Assembly (NCBI GenBank): GCA_020637435.1
Contig: JACJVW010000001.1
Coordinates: 150,237-214,236 of the forward strand
Source: Candidatus Woesearchaeota archaeon
Lineage (GTDB): Archaea; Nanobdellota; Nanobdellia; Woesearchaeales; JACJVW01
DNA: 64,000 nucleotides
Direction of reading: 5' to 3'
Shown here: positions 17,906-28,084 of the stretch, in pieces
Layout: each line of letters opens with the position of its first letter
Position numbering within the stretch: the stretch's first letter is position 1
The notes under the pieces: generated by a model
The model's database searches: none
What the model was told of the DNA's origin: nothing
What the model saw: the letters and a program-made list of their open reading frames with translations, nothing else
Position numbers and translations under genes: made by a program

Positions 17906-20659
17906 TCAGGACTTATGAGGTTCATTTTGTTCCTCCCGTTCACTTTCAAAACCACGTACGACCATATTTCCTCTGACAAGAGCTGCACGAACCTCAGCGT
18001 ATGTAAAGTACTTCAGCAAAGTGTCCTTTACCTCATTGTCCGGTTTTTTCTGGAAATTCAACAATCTCACCATGTTGAGGATCGAATCCGTCTGGTCCTC
18101 CGTCTTGATCTTGTCTAGCTCTTGCATATTCTTGACAAGCATCTCTTGTATTGAGGTATCCGTTTTAGAAGTGAAGAGGTTCTTGAGGCGTTGTCTATAG
18201 ATATAACCGTAGTATCCCCCTACGCCCAGTACAAGGAATATGATGAAAAGCATGATGATGAGTCCGACCAGACCAAGAGAGCGTTTCGGCGTGTACGTGA
18301 TATCGACCACCACTGGAATTGTCTCTTTCTTGCCGAAAGCTTCCACCCCGATACTGAACGTCATCGTAAAATTTTCATTGTCAGGAACAAGATTGTGCAG
18401 CGTAACATTTCTCTCTTCATTCGGATTGAGATTGATGCTGTCCACAACTTCAAAATAACCGGTAGCTTGCGCTTCAATGGTGATATCAGGAGAAAGATCA
18501 CTGTCTAGATTATTCTTGATATAAAAGACAGGATGCTCTGAAGATGAGTTGATATAGATGCTCTGTGGTGAAAGCGTCAATGGATACGACGAGTATCTGG
18601 TGACATAGACAGATATAGGGAAAGTGTAATCATCATTGCCCGCAGTGCAGGTGAGTGTTCCCTTATACAAATCCTCTTTCGTCTCAGGCTGCGAGAAAAC
18701 AAAATTGAGGCTTGCGCTTCCGGAAGTTATCTGCACGGTCTGATCGCTGCTTATCTCGCCTGAATCCCATACCATCCTGCAGGTAAAGGCATGCGAGGAT
18801 TTCTTTGCCTGAAGCCGGATAGTGCCCCTCTTTCCGAACACCGTAAGCGTATCCTCGGAGGTGATATTAAGGAAGGGATAATCTGCGACAACAACAGGTA
18901 TCTTGGCTACTTCTTCTCCAAGATTTGAGACGGTCAAGTAACCCTCCACGCTGCCCGTCGGAGTCGCTTTTCTGGAGATCTGCACTGACCTGTAAGAATA
19001 TGAGGAGATAGTCTCTTTCTCATCGATAGTGATATAAGCAGGTAGTTCCCCTGACAGATTATATGAAAGTTCACGAAGATTGAATGTAGTGGGATTGAAC
19101 AAGCTGAATGTGACCTCTGCATTATCGACAACGACCACGCCAGGAACAGAAGTAAGCATGGGCCGCGCATAATTCTCTAGAACATAGAATGCGCTACCGA
19201 GAGCTACGGTATCATTGATGGTCAGGTAATCTTCCATATCGCTAAGCCATTCCTCAGCATCCGTAATAGGTTCATTTGACCGATTCATCCCAGAATACAA
19301 TAGACCTAGCACTCCGTGCGCGGTGTGATAAGCCTTCTCATTGATGCTGGCATTATCATCACCCCACGACCCCTCATTGTTCTGCATGAACAATATCCAG
19401 TTGCGAAGTTCATAGATATAACGGTCATACTGTTCACCCTCATCCATGTAGTCGAATCGTTCCATATAAGGAGTATAATCTGCGATGTATTCAGTCTCAC
19501 TCATATTATACATGGTTGCAAGGAACATACTGCTGCCGATCACATCTTCACTGCTGCCGAAATACGCACCCACGATATCTGAAAAATTGACTGCGGAAAA
19601 CATATACCGTTTTGCCTCACGGATATTCGGTTTGTGCAGGTCAAGCAGCGATGCGTAAGCGGTAGTCCTTTCATCGCAGGGCTCGCCTTTCTTGTTCGTC
19701 GACCAGCAAGCGCCGTTTATCTTGTACGTAAGATTATTTCCCGTATACCGGTACATAGGGATCCCGTATTTATCATAGATGACACCTTCAAAATTATCAT
19801 GGCTGATGACATAGATGGTAGAATCCATAGTTGCAGTAAAATTATAGATGCGTGCTGTATTATTGGGAAGACTGAAATTTGTATCAAGCAAATCCTTATC
19901 CTTAGCAACAAGAACAAAGTGAGCATTGTCGACAGGAGATTCAACTTCGACCGTCCACATATCCTCTTGCTGATAGTAGAATTGCTTGTTCTCGATCCAG
20001 TTGCGTGCGTCATTGACGACACGCCTGGCGTCATCAAAACCACTCTCGGTAAGGATAGCAAGAATCTCCATGGTCAGCGGTACATTGCAGGGTGATTGAG
20101 GGAAACATTTCTCTTCCTCATTCCTCTCCAGCTTTAGCCAGGTCATAGCCTGGTCTATCTCATAGTCGAAGATCTTGGGAAAATGCGAGAGCGCCCAGAT
20201 ACCGTACGTCGTATCCTTCGTCGTCCTCCAGCCACCATCACTATACTGGCTGCTGAGTACCTTGTCTAGCACCTTAGAATACTTGCTGACCAGCACATCC
20301 TGCGTCATCCTGTTATTCTCGCCATCCATCTCGTACTCAGCCGAAAGCCGAACGTGTGTACACGAAAAGTCTTCAAGATTGATAGAGCCAATCTGACAGT
20401 TGGAATCGCCCCATGGGTAGCTCACCAGATCCTCGAAATCATTGTCATCGATGCATATGACGGAAAGCTGCAAAGGGATATTTTCCTCCTCAAGACAGGC
20501 GATGAAAGTTATATCTTCTAAGGAAAGATAGGAAGGGACGCTAAGGTTCGACTCTATGTACGTCGTTATAGGCCGAACTAGATGGATACCCTGCTCAAGG
20601 GAAAAGACACAAGGCATAAGCACCATTATCAGTATTCCCACAAGTACGACAAACCTCAT
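17906..20659 (-). CDS. large surface protein with prenyltransferase/terpene-cyclase-like (QW) repeats, C-terminal TM and cytoplasmic tail
   Basis: The signal peptide is MRFVVLVGILIMVLMPCVFS, and its ATG 20659 is preceded by GAGGGGA; alternative starts are 20677 and 20689. QW-type motifs are SQYSDGGWRT and MQNNEGSWGDD. A TM helix (LVGLIIMLFIIFLVLGVGGYYGY) lies near the C-terminus. Confidence 0.7.
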   Translation of the reverse strand: MRFVVLVGILIMVLMPCVFSLEQGIHLVRPITTYIESNLSVPSYLSLEDITFIACLEEENIPLQLSVICIDDNDFEDLVSYPWGDSNCQIGSINLEDFSCTHVRLSAEYEMDGENNRMTQDVLVSKYSKVLDKVLSSQYSDGGWRTTKDTTYGIWALSHFPKIFDYEIDQAMTWLKLERNEEEKCFPQSPCNVPLTMEILAILTESGFDDARRVVNDARNWIENKQFYYQQEDMWTVEVESPVDNAHFVLVAKDKDLLDTNFSLPNNTARIYNFTATMDSTIYVISHDNFEGVIYDKYGIPMYRYTGNNLTYKINGACWSTNKKGEPCDERTTAYASLLDLHKPNIREAKRYMFSAVNFSDIVGAYFGSSEDVIGSSMFLATMYNMSETEYIADYTPYMERFDYMDEGEQYDRYIYELRNWILFMQNNEGSWGDDNASINEKAYHTAHGVLGLLYSGMNRSNEPITDAEEWLSDMEDYLTINDTVALGSAFYVLENYARPMLTSVPGVVVVDNAEVTFSLFNPTTFNLRELSYNLSGELPAYITIDEKETISSYSYRSVQISRKATPTGSVEGYLTVSNLGEEVAKIPVVVADYPFLNITSEDTLTVFGKRGTIRLQAKKSSHAFTCRMVWDSGEISSDQTVQITSGSASLNFVFSQPETKEDLYKGTLTCTAGNDDYTFPISVYVTRYSSYPLTLSPQSIYINSSSEHPVFYIKNNLDSDLSPDITIEAQATGYFEVVDSINLNPNEERNVTLHNLVPDNENFTMTFSIGVEAFGKKETIPVVVDITYTPKRSLGLVGLIIMLFIIFLVLGVGGYYGYIYRQRLKNLFTSKTDTSIQEMLVKNMQELDKIKTEDQTDSILNMVRLLNFQKKPDNEVKDTLLKYFTYAEVRAALVRGNMVVRGFESEREEQNEPHKS

Positions 20660-20703
20660 GCTCCCCTCTTTTCTCATTGATACCCTCATGTTGATTAATA
20701 AGT

Positions 20704-23112
20704 TTATTGGCTGATACCTTCAAGCTCTGTAGCTATCGTATGGATACGCTGATACAAAGTATGCTTGATCGCATCAGGCATACTCTCATACTTTTCATGC
20801 AATTTAGTGTATAGTTCCACTGCCTCCCTATGGAGCATAGGATCATACGAACCAAGCTTTCTCTGGAATCTGATCTTCTGCTCTAAATCAGCTGTGATAT
20901 CAAGGATCTCTTTGCGTTCAAGCTGAGTGCCAAGTGAACGTAGTATCGGTGTGAAGTCGCCGCGTTGCTCCGGTGCAAGGGAATCATACAATTCAAGCAC
21001 CGAAGGATAGTACGCGAACGCATCATCAAGTCTATTAGATTCTATCAGTGAGATTACCCTCTGCAAGAGCAAAGACAGCTGCTGTGCAGGAGGATTCTGT
21101 TGATAGAGCGAGTATTTTGAACCAGGGATAAATAGGGCACCCGCAAGGACGACAGCGATGATGACAAAGATATACGGTAGTATCGAGGCGCCTGCACGGA
21201 TACCTGACTGTACGCTTAGACCTGTGATCTCATTCTCTGGAAGGTCTTCATAATCAGGAACGACCAGAGAAGTGGTCTTCTTAAGGGTCTCAGTGAATAC
21301 CTTCGTCTTGACAACATAAGTATAAGGGTTTTTCGTTGTCCTGTAAAATTGCTCGCTAAGCTTTGAGAGGTCATCGGACATCACCGATAAACCAAGTTTC
21401 TGCGGCACATATTCTATATAGAATACATCATCCATCTCTCCATGGTCGAGATGAGCGATGTCCTTGGTCACATGGGTGATATATGATAATGTGCCGTTCC
21501 TGTAAGTCTTAGTTATTTCTTTTATGCTCAAGGTCAGGACAAAGTTCTCCAGATAGCCCGGCAATGAATCGTGGTAAGATGTCTTCTGTACAGATCCAAG
21601 AGTTGTATCGCTTGCAAGATAGTTTTCGATAATAGCCACAACGTCATCAGGAGGAAGATACTGTATGACCTCATGGTCAAGAGTAAGCTCAACCCGCTCA
21701 GGTATCTGCATACGTATAAGTTCAAGCGCAGTCTCAAGCTTTCTCATCTTATCATCATCAGTGCTCTTCTCAAAGGTGCTTGCAGCTGTTGAGACCTGCT
21801 GCTCAAGTGTATCAAGTTTCTTGACATCATCAGAGAGATAGGGCTGCAGTTCAGCGGAGAAGGAGGTATACATTTTACGGGCACGTTTGATATCCTGATA
21901 CAGAGCAGAGGTAAGACGTTCGTGAGAGGTATCCTTCTGGATAAGGAAACTGACCACAGAAGAGATACCTTCCCCTGCACCATCTGAACAATACGCCCTC
22001 GCCTTATAGCGGCCGGCGGCAAATCCCCGTACAATAAGTCCGTCCTGCTTAGCACTGACCTCATAGCCGAGAAGATCGCTTGGCACTATCCAGCCGCTGC
22101 CATCTGCAGTCTGCAGTTGGATATCGCAAGATTTGGCTGACTGATAGCTAAAAGCGACAACATCATCAACGAACACCTGTCCAGAACTTGGCTGTGTAAG
22201 AGTCACAGTATACATCTCTTTTGCAGCTACCTTCTCTGCTACAGGAAGCTTCTTCAGATAGACATCAAGATCCCATGGACTGTCCACAGAAAGTGGGACG
22301 ACCTCATTCTCATAACCATCCTTGCTAAAAGTAAAAGTGTAGTCGCCATTGGTAAGATTGAGTGTCTTCTTGCCATCCATATCATACCGGTGCTGTTGAC
22401 CGTCATGCTTGTACGTCAATACCACATCGTGCAAGAGTGAGTCTTCGAACATAGGGGAGAAGGTCACCAGATAAGTGGAGACCAAGTCCTCATCATCCCC
22501 TGCACTTACCGTCGTATGCACGACGCTTGAAAGGGAGAAAGTATCGGTAAACCCTACAGTCGCGTCTGCATATTCCATCGTCGCGTCAAGAGAATACTTG
22601 CCAAAATCAGTCAGCCGCACATACCAATCCTTACTGCTAAGATTCTTCGGATTATAGGTAATTGGATTCCCGGGACCGTTGATATAAAGCTTAATCTCCG
22701 AACCCAACGGAGCATCAAGCACCAGATGGACAAACTGGTCTTCATGGTAGTCATCAAGATCGACATCGACCATGAAGGAAGGAGTTTCTATGATAGTCAT
22801 GCTAAAGATAGCACTCTCCTCTACCTTTGTGGTGCCATTAAAAGCAAGTACCTTCCAGGAATATTCCCCTTCAGGTAACGCTAATGAAGTATAAGGAGAG
22901 GTATGGTTCGAAGCGTGCGCGAGCGAGGTCATAGCAACATCATTGTAGATAAGAAGGCCGTAGTGCGTAAAGGGCACAGTCGCGTCATTCCAGCCGAAAG
23001 TATGGCTCTGCTTGACCGTCTTCATTCCATTCTCAGGACTTATAAGACCGAATTGAGCGAAAGCTAGAGGACAGACGAGCAAAAATACCCCCAGCAACGC
23101 AAAAATTCTCAT
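20704..23112 (-). CDS. large surface protein with Ig/PEGA-like beta domains, C-terminal TM and helical cytoplasmic tail
   Basis: The signal peptide is MRIFALLGVFLLVCPLAFA. A PEGA-like segment reads GDYTFTFSKDGYENEVVPLSV. The TM helix is ILPYIFVIIAVVLAGALFI. Confidence 0.7.
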   Translation of the reverse strand: MRIFALLGVFLLVCPLAFAQFGLISPENGMKTVKQSHTFGWNDATVPFTHYGLLIYNDVAMTSLAHASNHTSPYTSLALPEGEYSWKVLAFNGTTKVEESAIFSMTIIETPSFMVDVDLDDYHEDQFVHLVLDAPLGSEIKLYINGPGNPITYNPKNLSSKDWYVRLTDFGKYSLDATMEYADATVGFTDTFSLSSVVHTTVSAGDDEDLVSTYLVTFSPMFEDSLLHDVVLTYKHDGQQHRYDMDGKKTLNLTNGDYTFTFSKDGYENEVVPLSVDSPWDLDVYLKKLPVAEKVAAKEMYTVTLTQPSSGQVFVDDVVAFSYQSAKSCDIQLQTADGSGWIVPSDLLGYEVSAKQDGLIVRGFAAGRYKARAYCSDGAGEGISSVVSFLIQKDTSHERLTSALYQDIKRARKMYTSFSAELQPYLSDDVKKLDTLEQQVSTAASTFEKSTDDDKMRKLETALELIRMQIPERVELTLDHEVIQYLPPDDVVAIIENYLASDTTLGSVQKTSYHDSLPGYLENFVLTLSIKEITKTYRNGTLSYITHVTKDIAHLDHGEMDDVFYIEYVPQKLGLSVMSDDLSKLSEQFYRTTKNPYTYVVKTKVFTETLKKTTSLVVPDYEDLPENEITGLSVQSGIRAGASILPYIFVIIAVVLAGALFIPGSKYSLYQQNPPAQQLSLLLQRVISLIESNRLDDAFAYYPSVLELYDSLAPEQRGDFTPILRSLGTQLERKEILDITADLEQKIRFQRKLGSYDPMLHREAVELYTKLHEKYESMPDAIKHTLYQRIHTIATELEGISQ

Positions 23113-23663
23113 AGCAACACCTCTAGCAATGGATTGTAGATCCTGTTGTAGACATCTTTATTCCTGTTGATATGATTAATAAAGTATTCTATCCCGAAAA
23201 GGACTGCATGCTTGCGGAAAAAGGATGCCTGTGACAGCAGACCTCGCAGTTCATCAGGATTGACTGCATGCACACCAGTTGCACGAAGCTTAGATTCCGT
23301 AACTGCATAGAGCTTTGAAGGAGTAGACAATTGCAGCATGACTGCCCGGGCGCCTGCATCGATGATATCATTCTTCTGCAGCAGAAACGAAGTGGTCGAA
23401 GCGGCGTAGCGCTTAGCGAGCAGTGCATGGGCATAGGCAAGCATACTGACCACCACAGGATGCTCAAGATTGAGTGCACAAAGGTGTGAACGGCCGACAG
23501 GTATCATCCGCAATTCTTCGCGATCCACCATCTCGTTGACCGTCTTATGGACATAGGGGTAATGAAGATCCAGAAGGGTGGCGATCTTATTGATACTGAA
23601 GAGGTCCATATAATTCTGCACATAGAGCGTTACTATCTTCAGTGTAAGATCCTTCTCGATCAT
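23109..23663 (-). CDS. winged-helix DNA-binding protein (putative regulator, first gene of the surface operon)
   Basis: The N-terminal segment FSINKIATLLDLHYPYVHKTVNEMVDREELRMIPVGR looks like a wHTH. It overlaps the next gene by 4 nt. Confidence 0.5.
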   Translation of the reverse strand: MIEKDLTLKIVTLYVQNYMDLFSINKIATLLDLHYPYVHKTVNEMVDREELRMIPVGRSHLCALNLEHPVVVSMLAYAHALLAKRYAASTTSFLLQKNDIIDAGARAVMLQLSTPSKLYAVTESKLRATGVHAVNPDELRGLLSQASFFRKHAVLFGIEYFINHINRNKDVYNRIYNPLLEVLL

Positions 23664-23665
23664 AG

Positions 23666-23820
23666 ATAGTACTATTTTGATATAACTTAATATATAAAAG
23701 TTACTATTAAATTACTTAATAATAGTACTATATATTTATTTACATAATTTAAATATTTTTCAATAACTATGGCAAATATTGCTTTACTATTAAGCTATCT
23801 ATTATATTTATTTAATAGAT
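23666..23820. promoter_or_regulatory. AT-rich divergent promoter region with palindromic candidate operator sites
   Basis: The palindrome ATAGTACTAT occurs at 23666-23675 and 23722-23731. GCAAATATTGC lies at 23772-23782. The inverted repeat ATCTATTA-N8-TAATAGAT lies at 23797-23820. Confidence 0.45.
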
Positions 23821-23867
23821 AATTATATTTTTTAATCTTGCAAAGACATATAAATGCAGCCAACCTC

Positions 23868-25082
23868 ATGCATACTATGTTCAAAGCCTGCGGTAGTTGT
23901 ACCTCCCCAGAGTTCTGCGAGAAGAATATGTGCAGACGAATGGTGAACAAGCGCGCAGTTGAGTCCCGCCTGCGCAAGATTCCGATAGGCAGCTTTCAGA
24001 CCAAGGCGCTAAGCCCGTTCATAGGTAAATTCGGTTACCCTAATGTACACGTCGGCATACTTAATCCGACAAGCCAGGACAATGCGCTGCCTGATGACCC
24101 CAGAAGCTGGGCAAGGCAGAACCTGCAGATCCAGGACATCATCGAGAAACGTACAGACTTGATGGATAGCGGTAAGATAGCAGGCGTCATGGAAACTAAC
24201 AGGTTCACTGAGCTCGCTAAAGAGGTCGCGATGAGCAAAAAGTCAGTTGACGCTGAGCTTGAGCTAACACGCATCCCTACATTCTCTGTCGACCTCTCCG
24301 AATACAGTGCCCCTCACGGCCCCCGAGCTGCGATAGAAAGAGCCGAGCTCACAGAAAATCCTCATATTGAACGAGCTATCGAAAACGCTGTTGCAGACAC
24401 CGATATGAAAGCAAGCACCGGCATCTCTGAACTTTTCAAGAAGGGCTATGACGAGACCATGCTTACCAGACTCCTTTCAGTAGGGGACCTCGGCACAGCA
24501 GGCAGACGAAAATTCGTGCCGACCAGATGGTCCATCACCGCTGTTGACGACACAATCGGAAAAGACATCATCGATGAGATAACTGATGCAAAAGAATTCG
24601 AATTCCAGGCGACCTTCGCAGGCTACCTTGGCAATTACTATCTTATCATGGCCTTGCCGGGGACCTGGGGCTATGAGCTCTTCGAGCTGCGGACCGATAC
24701 CCCCGAGGACTATCACACAGACTATGAATCATATCAAGGACGCAAAACGTATGCAGCGAACACCGCTGGCGGCTACTACGCGGCACGCCTCAGTATCCTT
24801 GAATACTGCAAAGCGGAACGACGCAGAGGTAATATGTTAGTCATACGCTGCATCACTGACGAATACACGACACCGCTTGGAGTCTGGGTATGCAGAGAAG
24901 CCGCAAGAAAATCGACCGAAGCAAAACCCATCGTGTTCGGCGATCTTGACCTGATGATCAACTACGCAAAACTCATCGGTATGAAAAAATTCGGCATCAA
25001 CCTCTCACCTATACTCAAAAGCTCAATAATCATTAAGAACAGGAAAACCCAGACAAACCTGAGTGCATGGCAAGATGGATGA
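23868..25082 (+). CDS. nreA: NreA-like archaeal DNA repair protein (DUF650/DUF651)
   Basis: It has an N-terminal Cys cluster (CGSC..C..C), then FIGKFGYPNVHVGIL and VPTRWSITAVDDTIGK segments as I recall them for the Nre family. Confidence 0.55.
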   Translation: MHTMFKACGSCTSPEFCEKNMCRRMVNKRAVESRLRKIPIGSFQTKALSPFIGKFGYPNVHVGILNPTSQDNALPDDPRSWARQNLQIQDIIEKRTDLMDSGKIAGVMETNRFTELAKEVAMSKKSVDAELELTRIPTFSVDLSEYSAPHGPRAAIERAELTENPHIERAIENAVADTDMKASTGISELFKKGYDETMLTRLLSVGDLGTAGRRKFVPTRWSITAVDDTIGKDIIDEITDAKEFEFQATFAGYLGNYYLIMALPGTWGYELFELRTDTPEDYHTDYESYQGRKTYAANTAGGYYAARLSILEYCKAERRRGNMLVIRCITDEYTTPLGVWVCREAARKSTEAKPIVFGDLDLMINYAKLIGMKKFGINLSPILKSSIIIKNRKTQTNLSAWQDG

Positions 25083-25734
25083 AGTAGCGTTGATACGAAG
25101 GCTGGACGAGATGGTCCAGACTATAGAAAAGCACAAGATAGATGTGGCTAAAGTCATAAATGCCCCCATCACCGACTATGACAAGCAGAAACAGAGCTAC
25201 TTTGTCAAGCAACTGGGTGCGACCATCAAGATGCTCCAGCAAAAAGGAAGCACTAGGGAGCTTACGAAAGACCTCACCGTACTCGACATACCAGGCATCA
25301 AGAAAGCCATCAGCAAGCTTAGCGAACTTAACCTCACCTCCACAAAAAGAGACATACCCGTCGTACCCTATGATATCCGCGATGAAGTCGTCGCCGATAT
25401 CGATGAGATGTACAAGTGCTTCGATGCCGGATGTTATAGAAGCGTCGTCATCATCTGCGGAAGGGTTATGGAAGTGGCTTTGCACCGCGTCTATTACGAA
25501 TCAACAGGCCAAGACATTCTGGAGAAGAATCCAGGAATAGGGCTTGGAAAGCTCATCGCAAAACTCTCAGAAAAAGAATTCAAATTCGACCCAGGTCTAA
25601 CGCAACAGATCCATCTCGTGAATCAGGTGCGTATTTTCTCCGTTCACAAGAAACAGGACACCTTCTACCCTTCAAAAGAGCAGACACAAGCCATGATGCT
25701 CTACACAATCGACGTACTCAAAAGATTGTTCTGA
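25075..25734 (+). CDS. DUF4145-like domain protein
   Basis: The C-terminal half (CFDAGCYRSVVIICGRVMEVALH...LGKLIAKL...IHLVNQVRIFSVH) resembles DUF4145. ATG 25075 overlaps the nreA end by 8 nt. Confidence 0.45.
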   Translation: MDEVALIRRLDEMVQTIEKHKIDVAKVINAPITDYDKQKQSYFVKQLGATIKMLQQKGSTRELTKDLTVLDIPGIKKAISKLSELNLTSTKRDIPVVPYDIRDEVVADIDEMYKCFDAGCYRSVVIICGRVMEVALHRVYYESTGQDILEKNPGIGLGKLIAKLSEKEFKFDPGLTQQIHLVNQVRIFSVHKKQDTFYPSKEQTQAMMLYTIDVLKRLF

Positions 25735-25754
25735 ATAGAGTTGACATGCATATT

Positions 25755-26312
25755 TCAGAATACTATCCGTCCTGCCGCAACATCCCTATGCAGCCTAAGG
25801 ATAGCGAACGCCAGTGGGGACCAGTCAAATTGCCCCTCGATGACCATCCTCTTAAGTTCATCAAGCTCAAATTCCTTCTTCTCAAGGATGACATCCCCAT
25901 CAGGATTTGGTAATGGATCCTCAACCAAGTTGCGAGCGATAAAAAAGTATCGAAGATTATTGTACGACTTCTTCTCATACGGCATCGTAGCGAAGAGTTC
26001 CAATTTACCGGAAAAACCCAATTCCTCACGAAGCTCCCTCTGAGCAGAATCAATAATATCCTCATTATCATCGACCGCACCAGAGGGAACCATCCATCTC
26101 TCTGTTCCTTCAACAGGTCGAAATTCCCTTATCAACCAAATTTTCTTTGACGCAGCGACAGGAAAAATCTGCACTGCAGGCTTGTAGTACACCCTTATCC
26201 AGGTCTTTTCCTGGCCATTGTGTTCAGCGGGCTCATTAGTGACATAGACGCAACCCTGGTTGAAAACGATTTCTTCAGAAGGATTCAGATGAGGAGATAG
26301 ATCAAAAGCCAT
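25755..26312 (-). CDS. NUDIX hydrolase
   Basis: A Nudix box is present: GAVDDNEDIIDSAQRELREELGF. Confidence 0.85.
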   Translation of the reverse strand: MAFDLSPHLNPSEEIVFNQGCVYVTNEPAEHNGQEKTWIRVYYKPAVQIFPVAASKKIWLIREFRPVEGTERWMVPSGAVDDNEDIIDSAQRELREELGFSGKLELFATMPYEKKSYNNLRYFFIARNLVEDPLPNPDGDVILEKKEFELDELKRMVIEGQFDWSPLAFAILRLHRDVAAGRIVF

Positions 26313-26335
26313 AAAGAAATAAAACTATTCATCAC

Positions 26336-26794
26336 TTAAATAGATTTCCCGAACATGTCCTCAACATTCATCGGCTCAGGATACGCAACTGATAGTGCAT
26401 GCTCAGGATACTGATGGATAAAACCTTTAACAGTCTCAAGATAGATATTTCTTCGCAAAGTATCTCCAGGACTATAACCAACAACATACATGCCTACATG
26501 CGCAACATCGACTTTATCGACCGTGATGCTGGGAATGGAGTATTGGTACAGGGACTTTAGTTCAATCTCAGGATGCAACAGAACCGCCCTGTAGATATAT
26601 TGATCCCCTTGTAGGTCACTGACAAGACCTTTCACAAGATAGCAGTCTGCCAAGTTGGTGATAGCGGCCTTAAGAAGATCAGACTGATGACTCCAGCTAG
26701 GGATAGCTGCATTAACTCCAAGGTTTCCAGCAAGTGCTAGAACAAGCGGCTCCAAAGAGGCGATATATGGTTCGACTATCCTTTCTAGGTCCAT
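26336..26794 (-). CDS. hypothetical protein
   Basis: I trimmed the track ORF to ATG 26794 (MDLERIV...) to remove the overlap with the DRG gene. No family was recognised. Confidence 0.4.
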   Translation of the reverse strand: MDLERIVEPYIASLEPLVLALAGNLGVNAAIPSWSHQSDLLKAAITNLADCYLVKGLVSDLQGDQYIYRAVLLHPEIELKSLYQYSIPSITVDKVDVAHVGMYVVGYSPGDTLRRNIYLETVKGFIHQYPEHALSVAYPEPMNVEDMFGKSI

Positions 26795-26947
26795 AGGTGT
26801 TGAAGAACCTGACAGCGAATAAAAAGATTTGCACCAAAAGCTTTTTATGAAGACATTTCTCCCTGTCAGTGGATGGCCAAGGCTCCTAAAAGCAATAAAG
26901 TAGATTCCTCTAATCCGCAGGCTGAGAAAAAGAACAAGCTCGGCCGC

Positions 26948-28033
26948 ATGGATGACGAGATAAAGGAGCTGGAAGACCTTATAGGCAAGACAAAATACAA
27001 CAAGCGCACTCAGCATGCGATAGGCCTGTACAAGGCAAAGCTTGCGGCGCTCAAAGAGAAGCGGGAGACCCGTGCATCATCTGGCAACAAAGGCACAGGA
27101 TTCACCGTACGAAAGACAGGAGACGGTACCGTCGTTTTGCTTGGATTTCCAAGCGTAGGAAAGTCATCCCTGCTTAATGCGCTTACAGGAACCGCGTCCG
27201 AGACAGGAGCGTATGCGTTCACAACACTGACCTGCATCCCGGGTCTGCTCAAGCACAGAGGTGCCCAGATACAGATACTTGATGTACCAGGTATAGTCAA
27301 AGGAGCAGCGGCAGGTACCGGCCGTGGAAAAGAAGTGCTCCAGGTCATCCGTAATTCAGACCTCGTACTCATCCTCCTTGACATCTTCCACCCGGAACAC
27401 CTGCCCGTCCTGGAAAAAGAGGTCTTCGATACTAAAGTACGTATGAACCAGCGAAGGCCGGACATCCGTATCACTAAGACAGCCCGTGGAGGCATACGTA
27501 TCGGTACAACTGTACCGCTTCCTGACCTAAACAATGATACCATAATCGCTATCCTCAAAGAGTTCAAGATCTCAAATGCCGACGTACTCATCAGGACTCA
27601 GGTCGACGCAGACCAGTTCATCGACGCCGTGGAAGGAAACAGGGCATTCGTTCCAGCGATAAGAGTGCTCAACAAGATAGATATGGCTGATGAGGAATAC
27701 ATAAAGCAGATAATCAGGAAGACCAAACCAGACGTGAGCATATCTGCTTTCAAACAGATAAATCTGGAAAAGCTCAAAGACCTTATTTTCGAAGGTTTGG
27801 ACCTCATGCCCGTCTTCTGCAAAGAAGTAGGCAAAAAAGCAGACCTCGATGAGCCCCTCATCCTAAGAAGAGGAAATACAGTAGAAGATATGTGCAATAA
27901 ACTACATAAAGATTTCGTCGACAAATTCAAGTTCGTCAAAGTCTGGGGTCCTTCGGCAAAATTTGACGGACAGGTACTTAGTCTCAAACACACATTGCAG
28001 GAAGGGGATATCGTCGAACTGCACACCCGTTAG
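26948..28033 (+). CDS. developmentally regulated GTP-binding protein (DRG/Rbg, Obg-family GTPase with TGS domain)
   Basis: The GTPase motifs are G1 GFPSVGKSSLLN, G3 DVPG and G4 NKID. The N-terminal helix MDDEIKELEDLIGKTKYNKRTQHAIGLYKAKLA is typical of DRG. An alternative upstream ATG lies at 26873. Confidence 0.85.
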   Translation: MDDEIKELEDLIGKTKYNKRTQHAIGLYKAKLAALKEKRETRASSGNKGTGFTVRKTGDGTVVLLGFPSVGKSSLLNALTGTASETGAYAFTTLTCIPGLLKHRGAQIQILDVPGIVKGAAAGTGRGKEVLQVIRNSDLVLILLDIFHPEHLPVLEKEVFDTKVRMNQRRPDIRITKTARGGIRIGTTVPLPDLNNDTIIAILKEFKISNADVLIRTQVDADQFIDAVEGNRAFVPAIRVLNKIDMADEEYIKQIIRKTKPDVSISAFKQINLEKLKDLIFEGLDLMPVFCKEVGKKADLDEPLILRRGNTVEDMCNKLHKDFVDKFKFVKVWGPSAKFDGQVLSLKHTLQEGDIVELHTR

Positions 28034-28084
28034 AAATACACATTGCCTATTTGATCAGAACTCAAGCATCTTTGCAGCAATCAA

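Noticed and set aside
23664-23867. AT-rich intergenic region considered as a replication origin.
   Set aside because: There is no adjacent orc1/cdc6 gene and I could not recognise any ORB or mini-ORB-type repeats. Divergent promoters with operator palindromes are a sufficient explanation.
25741-26113. Track ORFs 25741-26043 (+) and 25763-26113 (-) overlapping the NUDIX gene.
   Set aside because: They are alternative frames of a gene with a clear Nudix box and have no motifs of their own.
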